This document shows, one piece after another, positions 19,370 to 28,917 of a stretch of 64,000 bases of DNA. The notes beneath the pieces are model-generated. The model was not told where the DNA came from, ran no database searches, and saw nothing but the letters and a program-made list of their open reading frames with translations. The position numbers and the translations under genes were made by a program. The first letter of the stretch is position 1. Each line of letters begins with the position of its first letter. Source of the stretch: Nitrospirales bacterium (GTDB lineage Bacteria; Nitrospirota; Nitrospiria; Nitrospirales; UBA8639); the NCBI GenBank assembly GCA_963555755.3, contig OY820905.2, positions 4,448,001-4,512,000 on the forward strand, in the 5' to 3' direction.

Positions 19370-19725
19370 TTCCTTGCCCTCTGTTCATTGCAGACGTATT
19401 TCGAGTCTCGTCGTTTGTGAATCAAACGTGTGTTCTCTCCTGGGCGGCGAAGCGCTTTCGGCCTTCGTAGCTGATGGGCTACGAACGACTCCTCTTGTGA
19501 TTCCCTGGGCAAAAATATTCTGAACGGCAGGTTCTGCCTAGAACCGGATGCCACCTCGCCAAGCAAATTTCCCAGATTCATCGCTCCCTTTAAATGTTCG
19601 GACAAGACAGTCCGTGTGGCATAAGCCTGTGCCTATGCCGTATAGGTGAGAGGGCAGAGTTATCGTGAGTTCTTCTGGGCTTTCCAGACCCAAATATTCG
19701 GAAAGTAGCCAAGGCGATAAAAAGT

Positions 19726-19741
19726 TGGCATGGGCGTTGCT
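19726..19741 (+). promoter_or_regulatory. Sigma-54 promoter of the flgF operon
   Basis: TGGCATG-GGCG-TTGCT matches the -24/-12 consensus. Confidence 0.75.
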
Positions 19742-19868
19742 ACCTTTGGAACAACGAGGAATGTCAAGAGTGAGTGGTAAGGTAGGGGGGGTAGGAACGG
19801 ATTCCCTGTTTTGTACTCCTTACTATGTATTCTGTACTCCTTATTTTTTCCATCAGGAGGTGTATGCG

Positions 19869-20594
19869 ATGAATCGAGGAGTCTATCCGCTGGTGGCGGG
19901 AGCCATTACTCAGGAACGTCAATTAGAATTGCTCGCGCATAATATCGGTAACATTCATACGACGGGTTTCAAGAAAGACCAAGCGGTGTTTGGAACGATT
20001 CTGGCACAGTCAGTGGGGCGACCTGTGGCGGGCTTTGACCTCTTTCCGCAAGTGGCTACTGTGCTACCCGATACCAGTCAGGGGACACTCCGGCATACAG
20101 GTAATCATATGGATGTTGGGCTGGAAGGTGAGGGATATCTTGTCGTGTCCACGCAGGCTGGTCCGCGGCATTTTCGAGGAGGGTCACTCAAAATTAATTC
20201 CAACGGCGAGTTAGCCACTCTATTGGGGGATCCGGTGTTGGGTAAGAATGGGCCCATTACGATACCTCAGGGCACCATGAATATTGACCGGCAGGGTGTG
20301 ATTCGCGTGGGTGGACGTCAAGTGGGTCAGTTGCGGATTGAACGGCTGGTGTCTTCGACGATACCGGTAAAAACTGGGGACCTGTACTGGGAAGTTCCTT
20401 CACAGAAACAGGTGGTGGATGCGCCGAATACACAAGTATTTCAAGGGAGTCTTGAGCAAGCGAATATCAATCCCAGCCTGGAGTTGATCAACATGATTAG
20501 GGTCACGCGGAGTTATGAACAAATGCAAAAGGCCATTCAAACCATGGATGAGATGACGGGACAAATGATTCAGTCAGCTCGGACGCAGGGGTAG
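19869..20594 (+). CDS. flgF: Flagellar rod protein FlgF
   Basis: AHNIGNIHTTGFKK; QGSLEQANIN; RBS CAGGAGG. Confidence 0.9.
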   Translation: MNRGVYPLVAGAITQERQLELLAHNIGNIHTTGFKKDQAVFGTILAQSVGRPVAGFDLFPQVATVLPDTSQGTLRHTGNHMDVGLEGEGYLVVSTQAGPRHFRGGSLKINSNGELATLLGDPVLGKNGPITIPQGTMNIDRQGVIRVGGRQVGQLRIERLVSSTIPVKTGDLYWEVPSQKQVVDAPNTQVFQGSLEQANINPSLELINMIRVTRSYEQMQKAIQTMDEMTGQMIQSARTQG

Positions 20595-20735
20595 GTGAAG
20601 GCCGTGATGCGTGACACGTGATGCGTGAAGCGTAGAGAAAAAGAAGGTCTGGCTTCGACGCATCACGCTTCACGAAATTCCTGTAGAACATGAATATGAG
20701 AACAAAAGATACACCATCGTTAGGAGGATAAGATC

Positions 20736-21527
20736 ATGCTTCGTGCAATGCATACGGCCGCAACGGGCATGGCTGCTCAACAACTCAATATTGACACGAT
20801 TGCCCATAATCTCGCCAACGTGAATACCAACGGGTTTAAACGCAGTCGAGCGGAATTTGCGGATCTGTTGTATCAGATTCAACGACTCCCAGGGTCGAAC
20901 GCGTCAAATGTCGGTATCTTTCCCGTTGGAATTCAGGTGGGTGCCGGGGTGCGTCCTGTGACGGTGTCCAAAGAAAATATTCAAGGTAATCTCCGTCTCA
21001 CGGACAATGCCTTGGATATGGCGATCGAAGGGCAAGGGTTTTTCCAAATCCAACGCCCTGATGGAACGACGATGTATACACGGGCTGGTTCCTTTAAGCA
21101 GGACAATACCGGTAATTTGGTGACGGGAGACGGAGATCCCATGGTGCCAAATATCACGATTCCGTCCGGGGCATTGCAAATTGACATTGGCCAGGATGGG
21201 ACGGTGTCCGTCCTGCTTCCCGGTGTGACCACAGCCACGCAGGTCGGGCAAATTCAACTGGTTCGGTTTGACAATCCCTCGGGTTTGGTTGGGCAGGGCG
21301 GTAATTTATTTTTGGAGAGTACGGCTTCCGGCGCGGCTCAGGCAGGAACTCCCGGATTTTCAACGGGCTTTGGATTTATTCGCCAGGGCTTTCTTGAAGC
21401 GTCAAATGTCAATATCGCTGATGAGTTGGTCAATATGATCATTGCGCAACGAAGCTATGAAATTAATGCGAAAGCCATTCAAACGGCGGATGACATGATG
21501 CAGGTGGTGAACAACCTTAAACGGTAA
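20736..21527 (+). CDS. flgG: Distal rod protein FlgG
   Basis: AHNLANVNTNGFK; YTRAGSF; QGFLEASNV. Confidence 0.96.
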   Translation: MLRAMHTAATGMAAQQLNIDTIAHNLANVNTNGFKRSRAEFADLLYQIQRLPGSNASNVGIFPVGIQVGAGVRPVTVSKENIQGNLRLTDNALDMAIEGQGFFQIQRPDGTTMYTRAGSFKQDNTGNLVTGDGDPMVPNITIPSGALQIDIGQDGTVSVLLPGVTTATQVGQIQLVRFDNPSGLVGQGGNLFLESTASGAAQAGTPGFSTGFGFIRQGFLEASNVNIADELVNMIIAQRSYEINAKAIQTADDMMQVVNNLKR

Positions 21528-21593
21528 GCGGTGAATAGAAGAGAGTCGGGAGTCAAAAGTGAAGAGTAAGGCTCTGCACGGAAGTATGTTGAA

Positions 21594-21901
21594 CAAATCC
21601 GAATACCGAAAATCCGAAACCCGAATCTCGAAATCCGAAACACATTCAAATGTTCAAATTTCACATGACTCAAACGCCGGAGGACAAACAGTACGAGCTT
21701 GAAGGTCGAGTATGCCAATTCGCTCGCTCTGCCCAAATGATCTGTTTGAAACATTGCGTCGCAGCGTAAGTGATTCAAGAACAACACAGGTTCATGGGTT
21801 CCCGGTTCATGGTTGGAGAAAGATGAAGGTCAAACCTAGAACCTAGAACGGTGAACCTTATAACCTGTGGATTTGTTTCGGATTTCGAGATTAGGATTTC
21901 G
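21594..21901. repeat. Heptamer-arm element H4 with four-helix-bundle-like relic and insert I
   Basis: Inverted near-copy of 25135-25433. Confidence 0.88.
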
Positions 21902-21949
21902 TATTACACCACTAACATTATCATGAAAAACAAGAAGGAGGTGGAAAGC

Positions 21950-22699
21950 ATGTGGTGGCTCAGGATCGGAATGTGTGCCATGTTCGTGTTCGCGGCTCCA
22001 TTGTTGACTGTGGCCGAGAACAGATCACCTATTCCCGTGGTGACCACCTCAGCGTCTACCCAATCCGTGACTCCACAACAATTTCAGCGCACTCTCGAAA
22101 AACAATTTCGTCAACAATTTTCCATGGAAAATGTTGATTTCTCCGTCAAGATTCTTTTCCCGAAACAACCTATTGTGGTTCCCAAGGGTCGGGTGGGTAT
22201 TCAGATTCCTCCAGATACGATGAATGGACGAACCGGCCGACGTTCTATTCGGGGGGCGGTGCACGTCAATGAACAGTTCGAGCAAATGGTGAATCTCGTT
22301 GCGGACATTTCCGCCCACATGCAGGTGGTGGCGCCCATCCGTTTTATCAAGGCTCGAGAAATCCTCCAACCTGAAGATATTCACTTGATCGATGTCGCGT
22401 TGCCCGCGCTCCGACATAATTTTTTGCCACACGAGGATATGGCGATTGGAAAAAAGGCGGTGCGGCATCTTTCACCCAATCTCCCTATTCAGCAACCCTA
22501 TCTCGCCGAGCCACCTGTAATTCATAAAGGCGATCGGGTGGTGCTGGAAGTACGCCAGGGTAGCTTGATCGTGCAAACGGTGGGTATCGCCAAAGAATCG
22601 GGAGAACCCGGAAAAACCATCGCGGTGAAAAACCAGGCGTCTGGTCGTGAAGTCATTGGCCAAGTGGTGCATGCCGGGCTTGTCAAGGTGTTGTTTTGA
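21950..22699 (+). CDS. flgA: P-ring assembly chaperone FlgA
   Basis: Signal peptide; SAF domain; GKTIAVKNQASGREV; RBS AAGGAGGT. Confidence 0.88.
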   Translation: MWWLRIGMCAMFVFAAPLLTVAENRSPIPVVTTSASTQSVTPQQFQRTLEKQFRQQFSMENVDFSVKILFPKQPIVVPKGRVGIQIPPDTMNGRTGRRSIRGAVHVNEQFEQMVNLVADISAHMQVVAPIRFIKAREILQPEDIHLIDVALPALRHNFLPHEDMAIGKKAVRHLSPNLPIQQPYLAEPPVIHKGDRVVLEVRQGSLIVQTVGIAKESGEPGKTIAVKNQASGREVIGQVVHAGLVKVLF

Positions 22700-23403
22700 G
22701 TGAATGGCTGAACCGGTTGCCGTGTGTACTGCGAGTGGGGTTTCCATTGGTGATCCTGCTCTTTGCTACGGCATGCGACAAATCCCTGCCGATTTTCCAA
22801 GAGAAAGACGAGAAGATGCCGGATCTACTGATGATGGACCTCCCCCGTACTTCAGGGTCATTATGGCAGGCCGGGAATGGACGGGCGTACATGTTCGAAG
22901 ATCTGCGGGCGAGTCGAGTGGGAGACATTGTGATTGTTCAGATCGTGGAACAACATAAAGGGTCTAAGAGGGCCAATACGGATGTGGATCGTGAGTCTAC
23001 CTACGATGGGAGCCTCGGAGGTTCGTTTTTCGGATTGAATAATTTGGCATCCGTCTTTGTCGATGGAATAGAACTCAATGCAAGTACCAAAAACGAATTT
23101 GAGGGCTCAGGATCAACGAGTCGGGAAGATACCTTAACGGGAACCATTGCGGCCCGTGTGGTGGAAGTGTTGCCCAATGGGGATATGCGGATCATGGGTC
23201 GTCGAGAGGTGACGGTCAACAGCGAGAAGCAAACCATGACCCTCTCCGGGATTGTCCGCCGGATTGATTTAGATACGTCCAATACCGTGCTGTCTTCCTC
23301 TATTGCAGAAGCGATAATCGAGTATTCGGGCCTGGGTGTAGTTGACGACGTCCAACGACCGGGTTGGGGGATCCGTATTCTAGATTGGATCATTCCGTTG
23401 TAA
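22696..23403 (+). CDS. flgH: L-ring lipoprotein FlgH
   Basis: Lipobox ATAC; RASRVGDIV; VLPNGDM. Confidence 0.95.
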   Translation: MSEWLNRLPCVLRVGFPLVILLFATACDKSLPIFQEKDEKMPDLLMMDLPRTSGSLWQAGNGRAYMFEDLRASRVGDIVIVQIVEQHKGSKRANTDVDRESTYDGSLGGSFFGLNNLASVFVDGIELNASTKNEFEGSGSTSREDTLTGTIAARVVEVLPNGDMRIMGRREVTVNSEKQTMTLSGIVRRIDLDTSNTVLSSSIAEAIIEYSGLGVVDDVQRPGWGIRILDWIIPL

Positions 23404-23529
23404 AGATCGGTCGCTCGTGGTGAGTTGTTTGTTGTTCGTTGTTCGTCGCGAGTACTTGGGATCGTACAGTCCTCTTTCTTACTAGCGACGAGCAACCAGC
23501 GACTATTTTCCTCATGAGGTACTGCTAAG

Positions 23530-24660
23530 GTGAAGAGATTCCAGCAACCATGTTTTCTGATCGTCGCACTCATCTTGGCTCTCTTAGGAGGGGATGGGTG
23601 GAATTCCACTGAGGCCGCTCGAATCAAGGATTTTACCTCGATTGAGGGCGTTCGTGACAACCAATTGATCGGGTACGGGCTTGTTGTGGGGTTGGACCGA
23701 ACCGGTGATTCGGTCGTCGGTGGACAATTTACGGCACAGGCGATTATTTCGATGCTCAACAACATGGGGATTAATTTAAAAATTGATCCGAATCAGTTGC
23801 TGACCCGGAACACGGCCTCCGTGATTGTGACGGCGAAATTGCCTCCCTTTGCCAGACCAGGGATCAAGTTGGATGTCCAAGTGTCTTCACTGGCCAATGC
23901 GAAAAGTTTAAAGGGTGGCACGTTGTTGATGACTCCCTTGAAGGCTCCGAATCAAGAAGTCTATGCCGTGGCGCAAGGGCCGATATCGACGTCCGGGTTT
24001 GGCGGGGGTGGGGCGGGAACGTCGGTCACAAAAAATCAGCAATCGGGCGGGATTGTGCCGAGTGGCGCCATTGTGGAAAAGACCGTGGAATTACACATCG
24101 AAGACTGGGATTCATTTTCTTTGGGGTTGCAACAAGCGGATTTTACGACGTCGCTCCGAATCGCGGAAGTGATCAATACTCATCTTGGTGAAGGCATTGC
24201 CACTCCCGTGAGTTCCGGGCAAGTGCTGGTGACTGTACCCGATGCTTTTAAAGGAAAAATTGTACAGTTGATCGCCGCCGTAGAAGGGTTGGATGTCAAG
24301 GTGGACGTTCGAGCCAAGGTGGTCGTGAATGAACGCACGGGAACGATTGTGATGGGGGAACACGTGCGTTTGTCGAGCATGGCGGTCTCTCATGGGAATC
24401 TGACGATCAAAATCAAGACGAGTTTTACTGTATCGCAACCAGGACCGGCTAGCTTTGGCGGGGAAACCGTTGTGACACCGGAGGTCGAAGCCACGATTGA
24501 CGAAGAAAATGGTCGCGTGATTCAGGTGGATGGTTCCATTACCTTGGGTGATTTGGTGAAAGCCTTGAATTCTGTAGGCGTGACTCCCCGTGACCTTGTC
24601 GCTGTGTTGACTGCGGCAAAAGCCGCCGGGGCACTTCAAGCCGATTTGGAAATGATGTAG
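23530..24660 (+). CDS. flgI: P-ring protein FlgI
   Basis: ARIKD..GVRDNQLIGYGLVVGL; NERTGTIV. Confidence 0.97.
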   Translation: MKRFQQPCFLIVALILALLGGDGWNSTEAARIKDFTSIEGVRDNQLIGYGLVVGLDRTGDSVVGGQFTAQAIISMLNNMGINLKIDPNQLLTRNTASVIVTAKLPPFARPGIKLDVQVSSLANAKSLKGGTLLMTPLKAPNQEVYAVAQGPISTSGFGGGGAGTSVTKNQQSGGIVPSGAIVEKTVELHIEDWDSFSLGLQQADFTTSLRIAEVINTHLGEGIATPVSSGQVLVTVPDAFKGKIVQLIAAVEGLDVKVDVRAKVVVNERTGTIVMGEHVRLSSMAVSHGNLTIKIKTSFTVSQPGPASFGGETVVTPEVEATIDEENGRVIQVDGSITLGDLVKALNSVGVTPRDLVAVLTAAKAAGALQADLEMM

Positions 24661-24779
24661 TACGTCGCTTGTCGCTGGTTGCTCGAAAAAATTGGGGTTG
24701 AAGGGTCCCCGTACCAGCAACTGGCGACGAGCCACTGGGGACGAGCAACCAGCAACTGTTATCTTCGAGGAGGGGGCTT

Positions 24780-25121
24780 ATGATTCCTGGAGTTGAAGGA
24801 CTCGTTGCACAAGCAACAGATCATGCGTTTGCAGATGGCCGCATTGAGGCCATCAAAAGTGACATTCAGGAGGGAAAAATTAAAAAAGCGAGTGAAGAAT
24901 TTGAAGCGTATTTTATTTCTTACCTACTCAAAGTGATGAGAGAGACCGTACCGAAGGGTCTTTTCACGGAAAACAAGATGGGAGAGGTGTTTCAATCTTT
25001 TTATGATGAAGCGATTGGCAAGGAATCCGCAAAGATTGGGGGGTTTGGCTTAGCGCAGTACATTGAGGCGAAACTGCGTGAAGATGACGTGATCTTCAGT
25101 CGGGAAGGCAAAATTGAATAG
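24780..25121 (+). CDS. flgJ: FlgJ (rod-binding domain only)
   Basis: ASEEFEAYFI..LKVMRETVP..GFGLA. Confidence 0.88.
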   Translation: MIPGVEGLVAQATDHAFADGRIEAIKSDIQEGKIKKASEEFEAYFISYLLKVMRETVPKGLFTENKMGEVFQSFYDEAIGKESAKIGGFGLAQYIEAKLREDDVIFSREGKIE

Positions 25122-25134
25122 CCGGGATGAGGAC

Positions 25135-25433
25135 GGAAATTCGAAATCAGAATATCGACATTCGAAACACATCCACAGGTTATAAGGTTCACCGTTCTAG
25201 GTTCTAGGTTTGACCTTCATCTTTCTCCAACCATGAACCGGGAACCCATGAACCTGTGTTGTTCTTGAATCACTTACGCTGCGACGCAATGTTTCAAACA
25301 GATCATTTGGGCAGAGCGAGCGAATTGGCATACTCGACCTTCAAGCTCATACTGTTTGTCTTCCGGTGTTTGAGTCATGTGAAATTTGAACATTTGAATT
25401 TGTTTCGGATTTCGACATTCGGATTTCGGATTT
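25135..25433. repeat. Heptamer-arm element H5
   Basis: Reverse complement of H4, including insert I at 25176-25286. Confidence 0.88.
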
Positions 25434-25519
25434 GATGATAACGTAGCCTTATCAGGCTCTCCTGATGAACTTCGCCTTGGATGTTATGGCATCGAACCTT
25501 GGGCAACGAGCACCCTTAC

Positions 25520-25547
25520 TTAAGTTATAACGGCCTATAACCGATAA
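25520..25547 (+). promoter_or_regulatory. Sigma-28 promoter of flgM
   Basis: TTAAG-N15-ACCGATAA. Confidence 0.8.
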
Positions 25548-25569
25548 TAACGGTAAGGAGGATTCTCAA

Positions 25570-25887
25570 ATGGCTATATCAGGATCTGATCCTGTCAATG
25601 ATTTGAATCAAGCATTGTTTGGGGTGCGTCGCCCACAAGGAGGGGACAAACGTACAGGGGATGCCTCAACAACTCCATCCGTCGGAAGGATTGGGGATAC
25701 CGTTGCCTTCTCTCCTGGAATTATGGAACGAGAAGCGGTGGTCAATCAAATCCGAGCATTACCGGATATCCGTGTTGAGCAATTGGCCTCGGTTCAACAG
25801 GCTCTTGCTTCAGGGCAACTCCATGTGGATGGGGACCGTCTCGCCGCCGGTGTCATTCGGGAAATAGTGTTAAACGCCGTGGTTTAG
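25570..25887 (+). CDS. flgM: Anti-sigma-28 factor FlgM
   Basis: DTVAFS..PDIRVEQL..ALASGQLHVD..LA; lies between flgJ and flgN. Confidence 0.88.
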   Translation: MAISGSDPVNDLNQALFGVRRPQGGDKRTGDASTTPSVGRIGDTVAFSPGIMEREAVVNQIRALPDIRVEQLASVQQALASGQLHVDGDRLAAGVIREIVLNAVV

Positions 25888-26398
25888 GACCTGAGAGAAA
25901 ATAACTTGGACACTATCGCGCCAAGATTTGGGTCGGATTTGGACGGAACGATTGAGAAACACCCGAGGCCTAGCACAGCGATGGTGAGGGTGTTTCGATT
26001 GAGGCCCGTTCAACCTAGAAACGGCAGTTGGGCGCAAAAAAGACGTGTAAGAAATTGGTGTGCATGGTGCAATACAAAAAGTCGTGGTCACCTCGGTGGT
26101 GATGAGACCTTTTTGTATTGTGCGAGGAGCCTGTCCGAGATTAGCGATCGTGACGAGGGGGGGCTGGTTTGAGTCAGATGTTTCGATCGTTTGAGGCGAA
26201 TAGTGGTGACTATTTAACGAAAAGGATCGAAAGATCTGGCCAAATCCAGCGCACCCGCAGTAGATCGGTCTAATCTTGGACAGGCTCCTTGGTGCGCCAA
26301 GAGCTTGCGCGGACTTTTGTGATCCAACTGCTGCTTCTAGGTTCAATGATGGCCCGAAGATTGGATGCGAGATATCCAAGTTATTTTCTCTCAGGTCC
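25887..26398. mobile_element. MITE A copy 4 containing C (26014-26341) containing D (26127-26287)
   Basis: A ends with TTA/TTA; C with TTCAA/TTCAA; D TIRs GAGCCTGTCC/GGACAGGCTC. Confidence 0.9.
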
Positions 26399-26576
26399 TT
26401 AATGGGGTATTGAAATATTCAAAGATGGGTGGTCCATTATGTGTAGGCCTTCAGTCGTCGCTCGTATCTCGTGAAAGAACGACATACGAGATACGCTTCA
26501 CGAATCACGTCTCACGCTTCACGTTCACAAAGAACGGAGCGAATTGTGTGGTCCCATTTTTGGAGGACATCTGCCA

Positions 26577-27077
26577 ATGAATGCCACGGGTGTATGGGGT
26601 GATCTCCTTGGGACCCTCCGTTCTGAACGGACGACCTACCATCACCTCTCCACGTTGTTGATGCAAGAGCAGGATGCGTTGCGCCGGATGGCGTCTGATC
26701 TGTTACTCGATATTACCGAGAAAAAGAAAATGGTGTTGTCGGACTTGCGTGACTTGGATGCCCGTCGATTGGCCTTGTTCGAGACGCTGTTGGGTTCTCA
26801 GCTCATTCAGACGCCCCTTGATTGGCTCCCGCACCTCACCAAGGCTCAGGCGCCTTGGGGAGGACAGGCTTCCGCTGAATTCCGAGATGTGCTCAAAGTC
26901 GCGCGTCTTGTCGCTGATCAAGGTCGCCAAAACGCGGAACTGACCCATCGTGGTTTGAGCATCGTTCGTGAGGCCTTGCGTCTGATTCATGGAGGAGGGA
27001 ATCAGGAGCCTATATACGAGGGGTCGGGAGAAATTCGATTGCCCTCGGTGACTTCATCGTTAAGTGTGCACGGATAA
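26577..27077 (+). CDS. flgN: Flagellar export chaperone FlgN
   Basis: Helical protein between flgM and flgK; N..L and late Y..SG motifs. Confidence 0.8.
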   Translation: MNATGVWGDLLGTLRSERTTYHHLSTLLMQEQDALRRMASDLLLDITEKKKMVLSDLRDLDARRLALFETLLGSQLIQTPLDWLPHLTKAQAPWGGQASAEFRDVLKVARLVADQGRQNAELTHRGLSIVREALRLIHGGGNQEPIYEGSGEIRLPSVTSSLSVHG

Positions 27078-27089
27078 CCATTCGAGATT

Positions 27090-28748
27090 ATGGCAGGCAT
27101 CAACACCATATTCGAAATTGGGCGGACCGGGATTCAAGCCAGTCAGCAGGGACTCGCAGCGGCCTCCCACAATATTGCCAATGTCGGGACCGATGGATTC
27201 TCACGTCAGCGGGCCATACTGGAAGCCGGTCGCCCTCAAGGTGGAGTGATTTCGACTGGCGTCCGGGTCACGGATGTCATACGTCTGGTGGATCTGTTTA
27301 TCGAAGCCCAGCTGACGGCTACGACGCAAGATGTTGGGCGCCTCACTATTCGTCATGATCTCTTGTCACGGGTAGAAACGGTTTTTTTGGAAACGGAAAC
27401 AGGAGGCATGAACACGGCCATTGATCGGCTCTTCAATGCGTTCCGCGATCTCTCGACGTTTCCAGAAGAAAGCTCTCACCGGACGTTGGTCATCAATGAA
27501 GCTCAAGCATTAGTCGATACGATTAACCTTGCTGCGGGCACGCTCTCGCAAATCCGCACGGATATTGATGACACGATTGGCCAGAACTTATCCATGGTCA
27601 ACACCATTGCGTCCCAAATTGCCGATCTCAATGGCCAAATTCATGTTGCCGAATCCAGTGGAAGAACAGCCAATGATTTGCGAGACCGACGGGCCTTCTT
27701 GGTGAACGCCATGGCCGAGTTGGTCAATATTGAAACTGTCGAAATGACCAATGGGCTAGCTATCATGGTGGGAGGGCAGCTCCTCGTGACTGGGGACCGG
27801 AATAATACGCTCGTTCAAGTTTCAGACGCGGATAACCTGGGTATGAATGATGTGGCGGTTCAACGAAAGGATGGCACCAAGTTTGTTGTGACCTCAAAAA
27901 TCACCGACGGTGAAATTGCTGGCCGGTTGACGGTTCGGGATACCGACATTCAGGGCTATCAGGATCGGTTGGATCGATTAACCGCGGTGTTGGTGAATGA
28001 AATTAATCAACAACATGCAGCCGGATATGGACTGGACGGGACCACCGGTAATTTGCTGTTTTCGGCATTAAGTCCCGATGCTCCCCTTCCGAAGGACACG
28101 AATACCGGAGGAGCAGCCGGTACATCGACGACTGTCTTAACGGCAGCTTCATTAACCATGGATTCCTACGAAATTCAATTTACCAGCGCCTCGGTCTTTA
28201 ATGTGGTGAATGTGACGGATAATACCACGGTGCTCAGTGCCCAAGCCTATACATCAGGGGCAACCATTACGTTTGAGGGGCTGGGCGTCGTGATTACGAA
28301 TAGCAGTGGCGCGCCGGCGACGGGAGATATTTTCACCCTGAGTGCACACAAAGGGGCCGCGAGTGATATGGCGGTGAGTGTGAGTGACACGGATAAAGTG
28401 GCGGCGTCTTCTACTTCAACGGGTGTTCCGGGAAATAACGTCAATGCTATCGCGCTCATTGCCATTCAATCCACCAGTCAAAGTACCTTGGGCAGTGTCA
28501 ATTTGGACGACTATCACGCCGTGACCGTCGGGGATGTGGGTAGCGATACGTTTTTGGCTGGTCTTCAACGAGATTCAAAACAGATTGAAATGGATCAAGT
28601 CACGTCGTTGAGAGAAAGTGTGTCAGGAGTCAACTTAGATGAGGAGCTGACTCGGCTCTTGGAGTTCCAACGTGCGTTTGAAGCCTCCGCACGTCTCATC
28701 GCGACTGCTGATGAATTATTTCAAACGGTTTTAAATTTGGGCCGATAG
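27090..28748 (+). CDS. flgK: Hook-filament junction protein FlgK
   Basis: SHNIANV.TDGFSRQ; SVSGVNLDEE. Confidence 0.96.
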   Translation: MAGINTIFEIGRTGIQASQQGLAAASHNIANVGTDGFSRQRAILEAGRPQGGVISTGVRVTDVIRLVDLFIEAQLTATTQDVGRLTIRHDLLSRVETVFLETETGGMNTAIDRLFNAFRDLSTFPEESSHRTLVINEAQALVDTINLAAGTLSQIRTDIDDTIGQNLSMVNTIASQIADLNGQIHVAESSGRTANDLRDRRAFLVNAMAELVNIETVEMTNGLAIMVGGQLLVTGDRNNTLVQVSDADNLGMNDVAVQRKDGTKFVVTSKITDGEIAGRLTVRDTDIQGYQDRLDRLTAVLVNEINQQHAAGYGLDGTTGNLLFSALSPDAPLPKDTNTGGAAGTSTTVLTAASLTMDSYEIQFTSASVFNVVNVTDNTTVLSAQAYTSGATITFEGLGVVITNSSGAPATGDIFTLSAHKGAASDMAVSVSDTDKVAASSTSTGVPGNNVNAIALIAIQSTSQSTLGSVNLDDYHAVTVGDVGSDTFLAGLQRDSKQIEMDQVTSLRESVSGVNLDEELTRLLEFQRAFEASARLIATADELFQTVLNLGR

Positions 28749-28917
28749 GGCGTCAGAACGCGTGATGCGTGAAGCGTAATGCGTGATGCGAAAGACGAGA
28801 GACAAGGGCCTTGAAGACTCATGGGTGATTCGTAAAGGGTGAAGGGGGAAGAATGTTGAGTATGAATCTTCACGCTTCACGCATCACGGATCACGCTTCA
28901 CGAAAAGGCATCTGATT

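Noticed and set aside
19370..19660. ncRNA or riboswitch between motB and flgF
   Set aside because: Only weak hairpins; no recognisable conserved motif
24780..25121. flgJ as a truncated pseudogene
   Set aside because: Rod-binding-only FlgJ is a normal form, and the gene has a clean RBS and stop
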